The notes under the pieces: generated by a model
Told to the model about the DNA's origin: nothing
Databases searched by the model: none
What the model saw: only the letters and a program-made list of their open reading frames with translations
Translations under genes and position numbers: made by a program
Assembly (NCBI RefSeq): GCF_006345805.1
Contig: NC_043002.1
Location: 85,312,001 to 85,376,000, forward strand
Source of the DNA: Octopus sinensis
Taxonomy: Eukaryota
Length of the DNA stretch: 64,000 nucleotides
Reading direction: 5' to 3'
Shown here: in pieces, positions 51,325 through 64,000 of the stretch
Numbering within the stretch: the stretch's first letter is position 1
How the letters are laid out: the number at the start of each line of letters is the position of its first letter

Positions 51325-51765
51325 ATATATCTTTTTTACTTGTTTCAATCATTGGACTACGGCCATGCTGGGGCACGACCTTGGAAGATTTAACCGAAAG
51401 AAATCGTCCCTAGTACTTTTTTTTTCTTCTTTTAAACATGGTACTTGTTCTATGGGTTCCGTTTGCTGAGCCGCTAAGTTATACAAAGAAACACTTAGAT
51501 ATAACATACATACGCACACTCACATTTACACACGCTCACACACATACACTCACACAAACATACTCACACACACACTCACAAACACACACGCACGCACATA
51601 CTTTTTTTTAGTTTCCGTCAACCATATCCACCGTCAAGGCTTTGGTCGGCCAAGGCTATAACAGAAGACATTTACCCAAGGTGCCCTGCAGTGGGTACTG
51701 CACAGTGGGACTGAACCCAAGACCACATGGCTGGAAAGCAAGCTTTTCAACCAAACAACCATGCT
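51325..51765 (-). mobile_element. SINE family A, diverged
   Basis: cccaaggtgccctgcagtggg...ctgaaccc reverse-complement head; cttttttacttgtttcaatc tail. Confidence 0.7.
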
Positions 51766-51827
51766 TGCATGTATATGTGTATAACGCAGTTTATATATTT
51801 ATATGCATACATTTATAAATTTATATC

Positions 51828-51975
51828 ATCATCATCATCGTTTAACGTCCATTTTGTATGCTAGCATGGGTTGGACGGTTCAACCGGGGTCTGGGAAGCC
51901 AGGAGGCTGTGCCAGGCTCCAGTCTGATCTGGCAGTGTTTCTACGGCTGGATGCTCTTCCTAACGCCAACCACAA
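51828..51975 (+). mobile_element. Family G repeat ending in (GAT)n (RTE-type tail); other copies at 53445-53625, 55715-55915, 56955-57280 and 57692-57850
   Basis: catcatcatcgtttaacgtcc...ggatgcccttcctaa motif is shared by all copies. Confidence 0.7.
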
Positions 51976-52125
51976 AGAGAAAACACAACAACGCGAGGAC
52001 ATGGAACAAGTATAGTGTTATTGGAGATTCAGGAAAGGAAAGAAAGAAGGAGGATTTAACGTTTCGAGCGGAGCTCTTTGTCAGAAACATAGGAAAAGGA
52101 AAGATCCAAGGAAGGGAAGACGAAT
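51975..52125 (-). mobile_element. Short Penelope-terminus-like element with degenerate hammerhead motif
   Basis: Minus strand ttt-ctgacaa-a-gagc tcc gctc-gaaa-cgtt-aaa. Confidence 0.55.
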
Positions 52126-52283
52126 ATATATATATATAATTAATAACATCAAAGAGAAATCAGAAATATTAGAAATTTCCATTACCAGTGGCCTAGCATG
52201 TAAAAATTTAGTCAATAGACTGTATATTATTCATATAAATGCAGTGTACATTTAAACATTTAAATGTGCATTGTATTTGTGTG

Positions 52284-52341
<58 letters not shown>

Positions 52342-52827
52342 AAAAGTAAAAAATATATGCAAAATGGGACAAGAACGTGAAACACCTAGAAGACGACACA
52401 AGAACCACAGGACGGGACATTCGAAGCCCTCAGTCATCAGTCAAGAACTGGATCATCTTCGCAATTTCGGCTGATTAATCTTGAGATTGCTCCGACCTGG
52501 GCAACCCCCAAGGGAAATCTAATCCAAGCGCATTAGATCCCTTGGAAGAAAGCTTCGAATGTATACAACACAAGGATGGAAAACGGACGATGTACACGAA
52601 TAAAAATACAAAAATACGTGAAAACAATAAGGAAAGCACGAATAAGAATACAAAAACGTAAAAACAATAATGGTAAGGATAAAAACAAAACCAGGACGTA
52701 GGACAAGGGTCTTTTGACAGGACGAGTTGAGTTTGGGGCTGGCTTGTAGAGTTGTGCCTTATGGCCACAGGAGACAAACAAAAACGTGTTGCTACAACGA
52801 CTGCTGGATGCGAAAAGGCCGATATAT

Positions 52828-53122
52828 GGAGGCGCAATGGCCCAGTGGTTAGGGTAGCGGACTCGCGGTTTCAATTCCCAGAGCGGGCGTTGTGAGTGTT
52901 TATTGAGTGAAAACACCTAAAGCTCCACGAGGCTCCGGTAGGGGGTGGTGGCGATCCCTGCTGTACTCTTTCACCACAATTTTCTCTCACTCTTTCTTCT
53001 GTTGGCCTGCTTGCTTAGCCAGTGGGTTGGCGTCATTTGAAGGCTAAAACAATGCGAAGCGCATTGTGACCAGCGATGTGTTGCAACATCTGACAGCCTG
53101 GTCGGTCACGGTGATCACAGTG
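52828..53122 (+). mobile_element. SINE family C with alternative tail
   Basis: Colinear with 48751-49060. Confidence 0.88.
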
Positions 53123-54034
53123 ATATATATATATATATATATATACATATAGACTCACACACACACATCATGAATTTATGCACCCACTCACCCTGTCCAA
53201 TCCTTACCATTTCTCTTACATTCAGCTCACTACAACTTCAGGACATTCCCTGACATATCTTAGCCACCATCTTCTCTTTCACAGCAGTTAGCCAGGTATC
53301 TCCTCTACAGCAAGACACCTGTTTCTTTGCCTCTATCATACTTTAAACTCTCACCAGCTGGCACAAAGCCATCTTCCTTAATATTACATAGCCCCTCAGT
53401 TGAAGGGTCTTCTCTTGCAAGTTACCTGGTGACCTCACTGATACTGGAGGTCACATAAAAAAAGCATTTACTACATTCTGTAAAGTGGTTGGTATTAGGA
53501 AGGGCATCAAACTATGTAGAATCCATGCCAAAAGCAGACATTGGAGTTTGGCGCAGTCCCTTGGTTTGCCAGCTCCTATTTAATCATCCAACCAATGCCA
53601 GCATGGGAAATGAATGTTGCATAATGATGATGATGTATACATAATATACACTCTCTCACACACACACATATGCATTCATAAATACATATATCATCACTAT
53701 TGTCATTATCATCATCTTTGGTGCTACTGTCCTCTGAGACAGGAAGTCCATATGTTGCTCATGGGTTCCATTTTTGACATGTTTTCTACAGTTGGATGCC
53801 CTTCCTAGCACCACCCATTTTACTGGTGTACTGCGTGCATTTTTGTCATGGCACCAACACTAGAGAGATTGCTGTATCCTCAGCAAAACTGAAGAGTCCT
53901 CTCTACTCTACTTTCTCTCAATTTGTTCACTGCAAATGTGACCAAGAAGTTGATTGGAAGAAAGAATGGTGATAGAGAAGAAGAAGAAGAAGAAGGAGAG
54001 GGAGAGAGAGAGAGAACCAAGAGAAGAACGTGAA

Positions 54035-54425
54035 TGACTGTGTGGTAAGTAGTTTGCTTACCAACCACATGGTTCCGGGTTCATTACCACTGGGTGGCAC
54101 CTTGGGTAAATGTCTTCTACTATAGCTTCAGGTCAACCAAAGCCTTGTGAGTGGATTTGATAGATGGAAACTGAAAGAAGCCCATCGTATATGTGTGTGT
54201 GGTGTGTCTGTGTGTATGTTTGTGTGTCTGTATTTGTTCCCCCCACCAGCACTTGACAACCGATACTGGTGTGTTTACATCCTGGTAACTTAGCAATTCA
54301 GAAAAGAGATCGATAGAATAAGTACTAGGCTTGCAAAGAATAAGTCCTGAGGGTCGATTTGTTTGACTAAAGGCGGTGCTCTAGCATGGCCGCAGTCAAA
54401 TGACTGAAACAAATAAAAGAATAGA
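54035..54425 (+). mobile_element. SINE family A
   Basis: Full head and tail. Confidence 0.85.
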
Positions 54426-54710
54426 AAAAAAAAAGAGAGCATGAGTATGATGGGAGAAGCAGAGTAATGGAAGTAATGCAGTGGCAGAGGAGGGGGTAAT
54501 GGATAAGAGATGGTGATAGGCAGTTACATGTTAGTTGTTGGTAAAATAGTTGGAAGATGAGTGAGTGATAGGGTGAGGTAACATAATGGAAGAAGCAGTA
54601 ATGAGAAGTGGAAGCCAATGACATGTGTTAACAAAGAGTAATAGAGAAAGAAGTAGTGATAGAGGGAATGTGAAGGATTGAAGGATAGCAAATATAACCA
54701 TGGGTAAGGT

Positions 54711-55012
54711 GGAGGCACATGGCCTAGTGGTTAGAGCATCGGACTTGCGGTTGAGGGATCGCAGGTTCAAATCTCAGACCAGGCGATGTGTGTGTTTATG
54801 AGTGAAACACCTAAGCTCCACATGGCTCTGGCAGAAGGTAATGGCGAACTTCTGCTGACTTTTTTGCCACAACTTTCTCTCACTCTTTCCTCCTGCATCT
54901 TGCAGCTCACCTGCGACGGACCGGTGCCACGTCCAGGTGGGGAATCTATACGCCAAGGGAACTGGGAAACCGGCCCTTATGAGCCAAGTGTAGCTCGAGA
55001 AGGAACAACCAC
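54711..55012 (+). mobile_element. SINE family D
   Basis: Colinear with 10241-10545. Confidence 0.85.
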
Positions 55013-57580
55013 GGGTAAGAGAAAGAGAGAAGTAGGGGGAGCAGGTGATGTAAAAAAAAAAAAGACAGAGAGTGATGGCAGTCAATACTGAGTGATATGA
55101 GAGAGAAAGTGTGATGATGACAAGCAGTACAAAGAATGGTCACAGGTAGTATTGAATTTTGACAGATTTCTTGTTATATACACAAAGATAGAAACGGAAC
55201 ACAGGTGGCATGAAAAGAGATTAAATGCGAGATGAAAGAATAACAAGGAGTTGGATGGGTGTAGGTAAAGACTTAGCAAAAGCATAGTGGGTGACAGACT
55301 TAAATATAGATATAGTAAACATGTCAAACTTCTTCATAATTTCAAAGTCTTCCATACTTGCATTAGTGGGTAGCTCTTCTTCAGTATCATGTGTCACCAC
55401 AAATCATGGTTCTTTGTTATATTGTCCCTGAGGCTCAGTTTCATGAGATCTGTCTTCACCAAAACATTCTCACTCTTCCACTTGTTTCATCTATTTCAAG
55501 TGATCAACCTATCTTTATGCAAGAAACTCCACATCAAATAATATCATCTCTCTCTCTCTCTCTCCCTCCCTCTCTTTCTCTCTCATATATGTCAGTATGT
55601 ACAAGCTTCGTTAAAAGTAATGTCCAGTTATGCATTTCTCGTATTACTGACAGTTTTGAAAGTTATTAAATCTGGATCATGTTTCATGTTCTAAATACTC
55701 TTTGATATTGCCTGGCTGGCCCTTGTACTGGTGGCATGTAAAAAGCACCCACTACACTCTCGGAGTGGTTGGCATTAGGAAGGGCATCCAGCTGTAGAAA
55801 CACTTCTAGATCAAGATTGGGGCCTGGTGCAGCCATCTGGTTTGCCAGTCCTCAGTCAAATCATCAAACCCATGCTAACATGGAATGCAGACATTAAACG
55901 ATGATGATGATGATCCCAACCTGTATAAACAAGAATTAGTAGTCAAATGTATCCCCCGGTTGCATAAGGTTAGCAATTTTGAAGGGAAGGGGGGAAGCCA
56001 GTTATATCAATCTCAGTACTTGACTGATACTTATTTTATTGACCCTGAAAAGATGTAAAGCAAAGATAAACTTGGCAGAATTTGGGTACAGAATGTAAAG
56101 ATGGACAAAATGCTGCTAAACATTTTCTCTGATATGTTAATGGTTCTGCCTGGTCACTGTCTTCATGACTTTACATAGTAACAATATTTGGTTACTGTAT
56201 TTAGTGGCCTATAAGACATTTTTCTTTTGTTTATACAAAAAAATGTTTCAAAAAGTCACCCTGGATGTAATTTTATGCTAAGATGAGCCTAGTGCACTAA
56301 AAACTTTTTTCCTGAATATTTGTTGCTGAAATCTGAATGCATCTTATACACTCACGCATCTTTCATACCTTAAGATAAAGTAAATTGTGTTCTAAATATT
56401 CAATTTAATAGCAAAAAAAAAAAGATATTTTAAAAATTAATATTTTTAATCCCTTCCAAATATTTGATTATTTCCCAGTGTTAATTGAAAGATATGGATA
56501 GTATATTTCATTTGCATGAAAGGTTAAAAAAAGGATAAAAATGGATTTAACATTTGTAGTGACAAGTCTGATAATTTTTTTTTTCTTTTAGTTTCAAACC
56601 AGACAAAATGTTTGTGAATTTATGTAATAGTTCTATAATTTATGATATAAGTCTATGAGTTATGTAATAATTCTAAAACTACTGTTACAGCACCTTTATA
56701 GATTTGTAAATGTTTATTTTCTATCAAGAACTGAAATTTTTGTTGCTTTTTTTACCGCCTTTATCTTTTGATTTCCAAATATGTCTGTACACTTTTCTAA
56801 ATTGTTGTAACAGAATGAGCTACTGGGTTGTTCCAGGTGCTTTTTCTTCTTTCCTTTCTGGTTTCTTGATTGGATATTCTATAGATCATATATAACCAGT
56901 CAGTTTGTTTTTGTAAGGATGTCATCAAAAATCAATGGAAATTGTAGTTGTAATCCCTGTGCCAGTGGCACGTAAAAAGCACCATCCGAACGTGGCTGAT
57001 GCCAGCTCCGCCTTGACTGGCTTCCATGCCGGTGGCACGTAAAAAGCACCTATCTGATCGGGGTCATTGCCAGCCACGCCTGGCACCTGTGCCAGTGGCA
57101 CGTAAAAAACACCCACTACACTCACGGAGTGGTTGGTGTTAGGAAGGGCATCCAGCTGTAGAAACACTGCTAGATCAGACTGGAGTCTGGTGCAGCCTTC
57201 TAGCTTCCCAGATCCCGGTTGAACCGTCAAACCCATGCTAGCATGGAGAACGGACGTTAAACAATGATGATGATGATGATGTCTATATAGTGCATTTTGT
57301 TAATTCCAAAGGTTTTTCTCTTTCAGTTGACAGAACTTCCTATTTCAACTATCGTATGGTTGTTTGCAATACTTTTGCACCATGGCTCTTCTGTGTGTAG
57401 CTCTTGATTGTTCATAATATTTATTCTCACCATGATCTTATACAACATTGGACATGCTGAGCGCATGCAGCTGAAACTCATAATAGAGACGCAGTCGTAA
57501 GTGATTGATAAATAATATTCTGATGGTAAAATAGTTTAGTTTTATCCCTTTCAATGCCAATCTGTCTTTTGTTTCCTTAA

Positions 57581-57942
57581 CCCTTTAGCTTTTAATCTGG
57601 TCATATCTGGCCCAAATATTATCCCTGTTTTATGTTAAAACTGACCAGATCCAACCTCTCATACCTACCCTACAATGCCATTCTAAAAATGTGCTGGTGG
57701 CACATAAAAAGCACCCATTACACTCTTGGAGTGGTTGGCATTAGGAAGGGCATCCAGCCATAGAAACTATGCCAAATTAGACTGGAACCAGTTGCAGTCA
57801 AACTGTCTAACCCATGCCAGCATGGAAAGCAGGTGTTAAATGATGATGATAACTGTTGAAATCTTGAATCTACAGAATAATGCATGATTACTTCAAAACA
57901 AGATGAATTACATATTGACAAAGAAATCTGAATGCTAAAGGG
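57581..57942. mobile_element. piggyBac-type MITE (TTAA TSD) carrying a family G insert
   Basis: TTAA|ccctttagc ... gctaaaggg|TTAA. Confidence 0.8.
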
Positions 57943-58129
57943 TTAATATGAAACTTCCTGTTTCAAAAATGTTCATATTTGAATTAAAAATCTTCCATCA
58001 TAATATTGAGAACATTTTGGCTTAAATAAATAAAATAAAATAAAAAAATTAATTATACTAGATCATTCCACATTCTTCATTGTTTTCTAAATTAAATGAA
58101 ATTTAGGGAGGTTGGTTTCTTAGAAATGT

Positions 58130-58468
58130 TGAGCCCTCCTTCAGTCATGATTGACCATGGGATTGCACCTAGAAAGTTACCCTCTCAGGCACAAGTCCGG
58201 GCAAGGTTGTTTATGGAAGACCAGCAATCGCCCATGCATGCCGGCCTCCCCTCTCCACGCAACCAGTGTTATCCAAGGGAAAGGCAAAGGGGCTGATACA
58301 GCTTGGCACCTGTCACGTTGCAACTCATTTCTACAGCTGAGTGAACTGGAGCAACGTCAAATAAAGTGTCTTGCTCAAGAACACAACACACAGCCCGGTC
58401 TGGGATTCGACCTCACAACCTCATGATCGTAAGCTCGATGCTCTAACCACTGTGCCATGCGCCTTCAC
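58130..58468 (-). mobile_element. SINE family F (tRNA head, CORE-like cttgagcaagacact)
   Basis: Minus strand ggcgcatggcacagtggttagagc...gtcgaatccc head. Confidence 0.8.
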
Positions 58469-59806
58469 TTTTTCTTAGAAATATGATCACAAAAAGATCA
58501 ACTGACTCAAAAAAAAAAAATTAAAAAAAAGGAAAGAAAAACGTTTATAGTGCCTTCCTTGAAAAGGACAGGCTAGCATTCTGCAAGCTCTGTTGTTAAC
58601 TTGGGAATGTGGTCAATTAGCAATCAATATAGAACAGGACTCATGTCACAGCAGTAGGGCTATTGATCTTCTGTATATCAAATTGGCAGATATTTTACAC
58701 CCTCTAATATCGTTTATATTGAAACATTTTAAATCTACATTAAAACACCTTTAACATTTCAACATGGATATTGAGCTGTCACAGGAAAGAGTGAGAAGCA
58801 TGCTAGTTGGTATGAGCCTCAATGCAATCTTAAGGAACAGGATGATGATCAGAAATTTGCATAAGTATTGTAACATATACATACAACAATATACTGAGTT
58901 AATGTATCCTATATAACAACTGTATGGTTGTATTTGCCTATGGCACTTATTTCATTACTGGGTAAATGGAAGTTGTATTATCTATTAACTTTTCAGCCAG
59001 TTAGCTTACACTTAATGACAAGTTTGGCTTTCATCTTCTGACCTGCATACTTTTGTTTTTCAGAATGTAATTATATAACAAAGCCACAGAAGATACAAAT
59101 AAATTTAATTCTATACAAGAATATGCATTTATTCTTGCTCTTAACTTAATTTAGAAGGTACATGCTCCGATTAAGACATGTGAGTTTGACAACTGACTCC
59201 TCCTCCCCTCCTCCCCTTCTTCTCCCCCTCCCCTTCTTCCTCCTCCTCCTCCTCCTTCTCCTCTTCCTAAACCACCACCACCGCCGCCGCCGCCGCCACC
59301 TCCACCCCACGCCCCTCCTCCTCCTCCTCAGCAGCAGCAGCTAAATCACACAGTTATTATTCATCAGGTGGTGCTAATTGATGTCAAATTGTTTGTTAAT
59401 AACATTAAAGATAAACGAAAGCTATTCTTAAGTTCTAGAGCAAAAAAAGGAAGAAAAAAAAATACATGCCAACATATAACTATCCCCAAATAAAGATGCT
59501 TTCCATGCAGTGGCCCCACTGTTACAATGTGGTCCTGGCAGCCAGCAGGTTAAAGGACTGCATGATCTATATGCCTGGACCCACAAAAGAAAGTGCTGCC
59601 ATGAAAGTCATCTGGAGTGCCCTAGCTTTCTCCCTCAATGAGAAAACCTGCATGTTAAGGGTCACCAGCTGCAGCAAAACTGCCTCGTTTAAACTTCATC
59701 TAACCCATGAAAGCATGATGGGTCAAAATGAATGTAATGAATAATAAAGAGTTTCATGAATTCCTTTCTCTTTCTCCCATCTTTTATACATTTTATATAC
59801 ATATAC

Positions 59807-59873
<67 letters not shown>

Positions 59874-59887
59874 CAGATATAGATATG

Positions 59888-60340
59888 CGAGAAAGATATG
59901 CCATAATATACATCTGGAAGATCCTGGAAGGACTTGTCCCAAACTTTGGCATCGAGAGTTACACAAATGCTAGAACTGGGCACCACTGCATAGTGCCAAG
60001 GACTCCAAATTTGCCATCAAGATGTAGGACAAGATACTGCAATAGCCTGGGCTTCAGAGGTCTACAGCTCTTCAATATCCTCTTGAAGGACCTGAGAGAC
60101 TTGCATAGGGTGGATGTAGGTGTCTTCAAAATAAAGCTGGACGTCTTCCTGTCAGGTGTCCCAGATGAACCAACTTCACAGCAGGAGGTGCACATGAGGG
60201 CAGCTGCATCAAACTCTCTCATGCACCAAATGTCAATTCCTAAAAAGCATTCGTGAAGTAAAATTATGTTGCAACACCAAATGGCGATGCCCCAGCATGG
60301 CCACAACTCGTGAGCTGAAACTAGATAAAATAAATAAAAT
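59888..60340 (+). mobile_element. 3' end of a CR1-group (CR1/L2-like) LINE: ORF2 C-terminus plus 3' UTR
   Basis: [19 protein letters not shown]...GLQLFNIL...FKIKLDVFLSGVPD matches CR1-group ORF2 C-termini; A-rich tail. Confidence 0.75.
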
Positions 60341-60344
60341 ATAG

Positions 60345-60505
60345 GGGGAGAATTCACAAAAAGACGAAAGATGAAGACAGGTGGTATAGACAACAAACAG
60401 ATGTATTAGTTTAACATTTCGAGCCTACGCTCTTCCACAAAAAGGAACACAGAAAGAAACAAGGAGAGAAAATAAAAAATGTGTAGTGGATAGCGATCTA
60501 AAGTA
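60345..60505 (-). mobile_element. Short Penelope-terminus-like element, decayed hammerhead motif
   Basis: Homolog of 41045-41232 (gaagagcgtaggctcgaaa). Confidence 0.55.
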
Positions 60506-60510
60506 TGTCT

Positions 60511-60544
<34 letters not shown>

Positions 60545-60599
60545 ATATAAATATATATATGCATATATATACATGTACTTACATACTCAAATACATACA

Positions 60600-60634
<35 letters not shown>

Positions 60635-60730
60635 ATTTGTATGTATGTATGTATGTATTTGAATATGTAAATACATGTGTATATATGCACACACATATAT
60701 ATATATACATACATATATATACATACACAT

Positions 60731-60765
<35 letters not shown>

Positions 60766-61519
60766 TTATACTTAAGTGTGTACATACATATATGTATGTA
60801 TCCGTGTATCTTCCATCAATTTCTAGTGATATTTATATTTGATTATACTGAAGTATTTTAGTGACACTTTCTTCTATTATATCTTTACATTTATCCGATA
60901 GATATATTTGTTAATTTTGTTAATAGCTGTTGCTATAACAACAGACACGTAATTCTAAAGATGTTGGGACATAGACTTAAAGTGGATGTTTCAATCTGTT
61001 AGAGCAGGCTGCTGAAAGCCCTTTCAGTGACATCAAAAAACAACTAGTCTTGTCATATTTGTTCTGCTTGATATGGACACATGAATAGCTATGTGGTTAA
61101 GAGGTATGCTTTGCAACTATTGAACCATGGGTTCAATCTTAGTGTGCAGTACTTAAGGTAAGTGTCTTCAAACAAAATTTTGAGTTGAGCAAATATTCGT
61201 TTTAGAATGAAATTTAGTTGATGTAATCAGTGTGGAAGTCTCTTAAAGATATTGGTAGCAGGTTTAATCTGATACCTTACTGGTTTAACGATACTACCCA
61301 GCTCATTTAACGGAGCTGACTCTGTTGCAAACATATCAACCAACCAAGTCTCTGGTTTGAGGATAACTTTGTTCCTTCATGCCACTCATCTTGGAGGGCC
61401 TTAAAAGGGCTATGGGTGCCACTCTTCCTACTCTGATTTAACCAGTAAAATATTAATAAAAAAAATTTTAAATACTCAATAGATATCCCAAAAGCAATTA
61501 ATACTGTACAGGCTAAATA

Positions 61520-62245
61520 GTAATTTTGGCGGAATTCATGGATTGTGTGTCACTATAAATGGTATGACTTGTTCTTGTTTTTGTCTTCTTTGGGTTGTCG
61601 TTAGTTATTGTATGGGTATTTTTATAGCCCACTGTATGCCATTTTCTATAAGTAGAGATGGGTATTTTTGTTTGAGCAAAAATTCTCTTAGTTCTGTTTG
61701 GCATTTGTTCCTGATATTTGCATCTTCTCCAATGGTACAAATTCTTCTGGCTAGGTAGTATGGAATGTTGCATTTTGTATGTGGTGGATGTCATGACATA
61801 AAATTCTGGTATTGATGTGTGTTTGTGTGTTTATCATATCTATCTGTGATAATGGTGGTGTCCTTTTTAACTACAATTACATGTAGGAATGGTAATTTGG
61901 TACTACTCTTCTCCTTTGTAAATTGGAGAGATGGGTGTAGGTTGTTTAGGAGGATATTGAACTCTTCCAGAGTATTTAGAAATTCTGTCCAGATTATGAA
62001 GCAGTCATCAAGGTATTTCTTCCTTGCCTTTTCAATATACTTTCTCAATTTAGTGCTATAGCTTTCCTCTACTTCTTTGTAGAGTTGTTGTTCTAAGTAT
62101 CCCATTACAGAGTTCGCATAAACAGGAGCAAATCTCATTCACATAGCCATGCCTTTAGTTTGGATGTAATTTTTTTCCATTGAAGAAGAATGTGTTGTTT
62201 TCCAGAATAAGTCTGACTGTGTTTAATATAAATGGCACTATGAAT
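61520..62245 (-). mobile_element. Penelope-like element reverse transcriptase remnant (dead)
   Basis: LILENNTFFFNG...KGMAM*MRFAPVYANSVMGYLEQ...YLDDCFIIW...LNNLHPSLQFTKE...LPFL...HPPHTKCNIPYYLARRI...VIPFIVTHNP are Penelope-like RT and thumb motifs, with stops and frameshifts. Confidence 0.88.
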
Positions 62246-62348
62246 CTGTTGGGAATCACTTCTTTATGAATATATGCACATAGTTTGTGTGTGTGTGCAT
62301 GTTTGTATATATGTATGTATATATGTATGTACATATATAGAATATATA

Positions 62349-62728
62349 GGAGCACTCCGTCGGTTACGACGATGAGGGTCCCAGCTGATACGATCAATGG
62401 AACAGCTTGCTCGTGGAATTAACGTGCAAATGGCTGAGCATTCCACAGACACGTGTACCCTTAACGTAGTTCTCGAGGAGATTCAGCGTGACACAGAGTG
62501 TGACAAGGCTGGCCCTTTGAAATACAGGTACAACAGAAACAGGAAGAAAGAGTGAGAGAAAGTTGTGGTGAAAGAGTACAGCAGGGTTCATCACTACCCC
62601 CTGCAGGAGCCTTGTGAAGCTTTAGGTGCTTTCGCTCAATAAACACTCACAATGCCCGTTCTGGGAATCGAAACCGTGATCCTACGACCGCGAGTCCGCT
62701 GCCCTAACCACTGGGCCATTGCGCCTCC
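62349..62728 (-). mobile_element. SINE family C, full length
   Basis: Colinear with 36674-37045. Confidence 0.88.
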
Positions 62729-62736
62729 ACATGTAC

Positions 62737-62773
<37 letters not shown>

Positions 62774-62974
62774 TATATATACACACATATATATACACAC
62801 ACACGTATACAAATACACACATATATATACACACACACACATATATATATTCTAGTTTCAACTCAAGAGTGTGACCATGCTAGGGTACCATTATTTGCTT
62901 TGCTACACTTTCATTAAATATTCGCTGATGTGTGGCATTTGGTGAATGAAAGAGTTTGATGTTATAAATGTTTA

Positions 62975-63145
62975 AATCTCTCTTGAGCCTTGCATCTGTT
63001 ATCCTGGCCTCTTCAAACAGTTTCACTCCACTCCACACTTGTGTTCGCCATCCAGCTCGATCTGAAGCAAGGGTTTCTATATCCTCTAGATCCATTCCAA
63101 GTAACTTTATGGTAGTCCTTATGCCATCCTTAAACCTTACCATCT
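62975..63145 (-). mobile_element. RTE/BovB-type LINE C-terminal fragment
   Basis: RFKDGIRTTIKLLGMD...ETLASDRAGWRTQVWSGVKLFEEAR. Confidence 0.8.
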
Positions 63146-63299
63146 CTCTTCTTCTCGAACATGGTCATGTTATGAAAGACATTTCAAACTATTAAAACAA
63201 TTCCACCAAAAATGCCTTCATTGCATTTTAAACATTAAATGAAGTTCTTTTACTCCAAACACAGATGTCCTTGCATCTTCAGGCCTCACCTCGATTAAA

Positions 63300-63450
63300 G
63301 CTATGATTTTGAGGAACCAAATGAGGAAGTGTGGCCATATTGTTTGAATGGCAGATGAATGCATGCTAAAACAGCTGTTTTATGGTGAGCTTGCAAAGGG
63401 GAAATGTTATTGATATAAACCTACAAAAAGGGTTTAAGGACAGCATATAT
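63300..63450 (+). mobile_element. RTE-type LINE fragment, degenerate
   Basis: QMRKCGHIV*MADECMLKQLFYGELAKGK...KRFKDS resembles the RTE motif RWAGHV.RM.D.R.PKQLLYGEL. Confidence 0.75.
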
Positions 63451-64000
63451 ATTTCTATTAATATATATATACATACATATATATATATAAGAGAAGAAAA
63501 TGGATATAATAACAATGGGAAGTTAATTGTTTTATGCTGGCATGTCTTTAATTAAATAGGTAACAAGAAGCAGAGATGAGGGTGATAGATAGATAGATAG
63601 ATAGATAGATATAGAAATGTATATACATATACACACATATTAATGATTATGTATATGCATGTATATATACATATATATATAAATATGTATATCAAGAAAC
63701 TAAAATACATATATTCACACCCACCCACACACACACGCACACATAGCTCAGGTAACTATTGTGTGGCAGAGGTCCAAAATATGGCTAACATAAAACACTA
63801 TTTGATTAATGTGCATTAGCATTGGAGTTTGTTTTCCTTTGCCCACTCAAGCAAAAAATTGTTGTCTGGGGAAACATCCAATGTGTGTGTATAGTAGTAG
63901 TAGTGGTGGTGGTGGTGGTGGTTGTAGTTGTAGTAGTAGTAGTAGTGTATCTAGAACTTTCCTGTGGGATCTATTAGTTTAGAGGTTTGATGTACCATTA

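Noticed and set aside
52405-52450. Hammerhead on the minus strand (CTGATGA...CTTCGAATGTC)
   Set aside because: It has GAAT instead of GAAA, and no helix I or clean helix II could be formed.
59156-59180. 25-nt microexon (ttag|aaggtacatgctccgattaagacat|gtgagt)
   Set aside because: Splice-like motifs of this quality occur by chance in AT-rich DNA, and there is no supporting gene.

Overview
This is repeat-dense eukaryotic non-coding DNA. The SINE, MITE and microsatellite landscape looks like an octopod cephalopod genome, but that is recognition only and is unverified. No host protein-coding gene can be supported; nearly all ORFs in the track are microsatellite artefacts. The window holds several tRNA-type SINE families, MITEs, non-autonomous Helitrons, mariner remnants, and dead fragments of Tx1/L1, CR1-group, RTE and Penelope-like retroelements. 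The best candidate new system is at 14132-14813. It is a young (4 differences) 1.9-copy tandem of a 359-nt structured unit inserted in a (TA)n tract. Each unit carries a minimal type I hammerhead ribozyme with a compensatory U3:A8 core and a helix I of about 20 bp. A second, degenerate hammerhead-like motif sits at the unit junction, and its core edges coincide with both array ends. The array therefore looks like a cephalopod non-LTR retrozyme (predicted 359-nt circular RNA). Further hammerhead-like motifs, a Penelope RT remnant, SINE concatemers ending in a LINE-like tail, and TIR elements with 6-bp direct repeats and TTAGGG cores also deserve follow-up.
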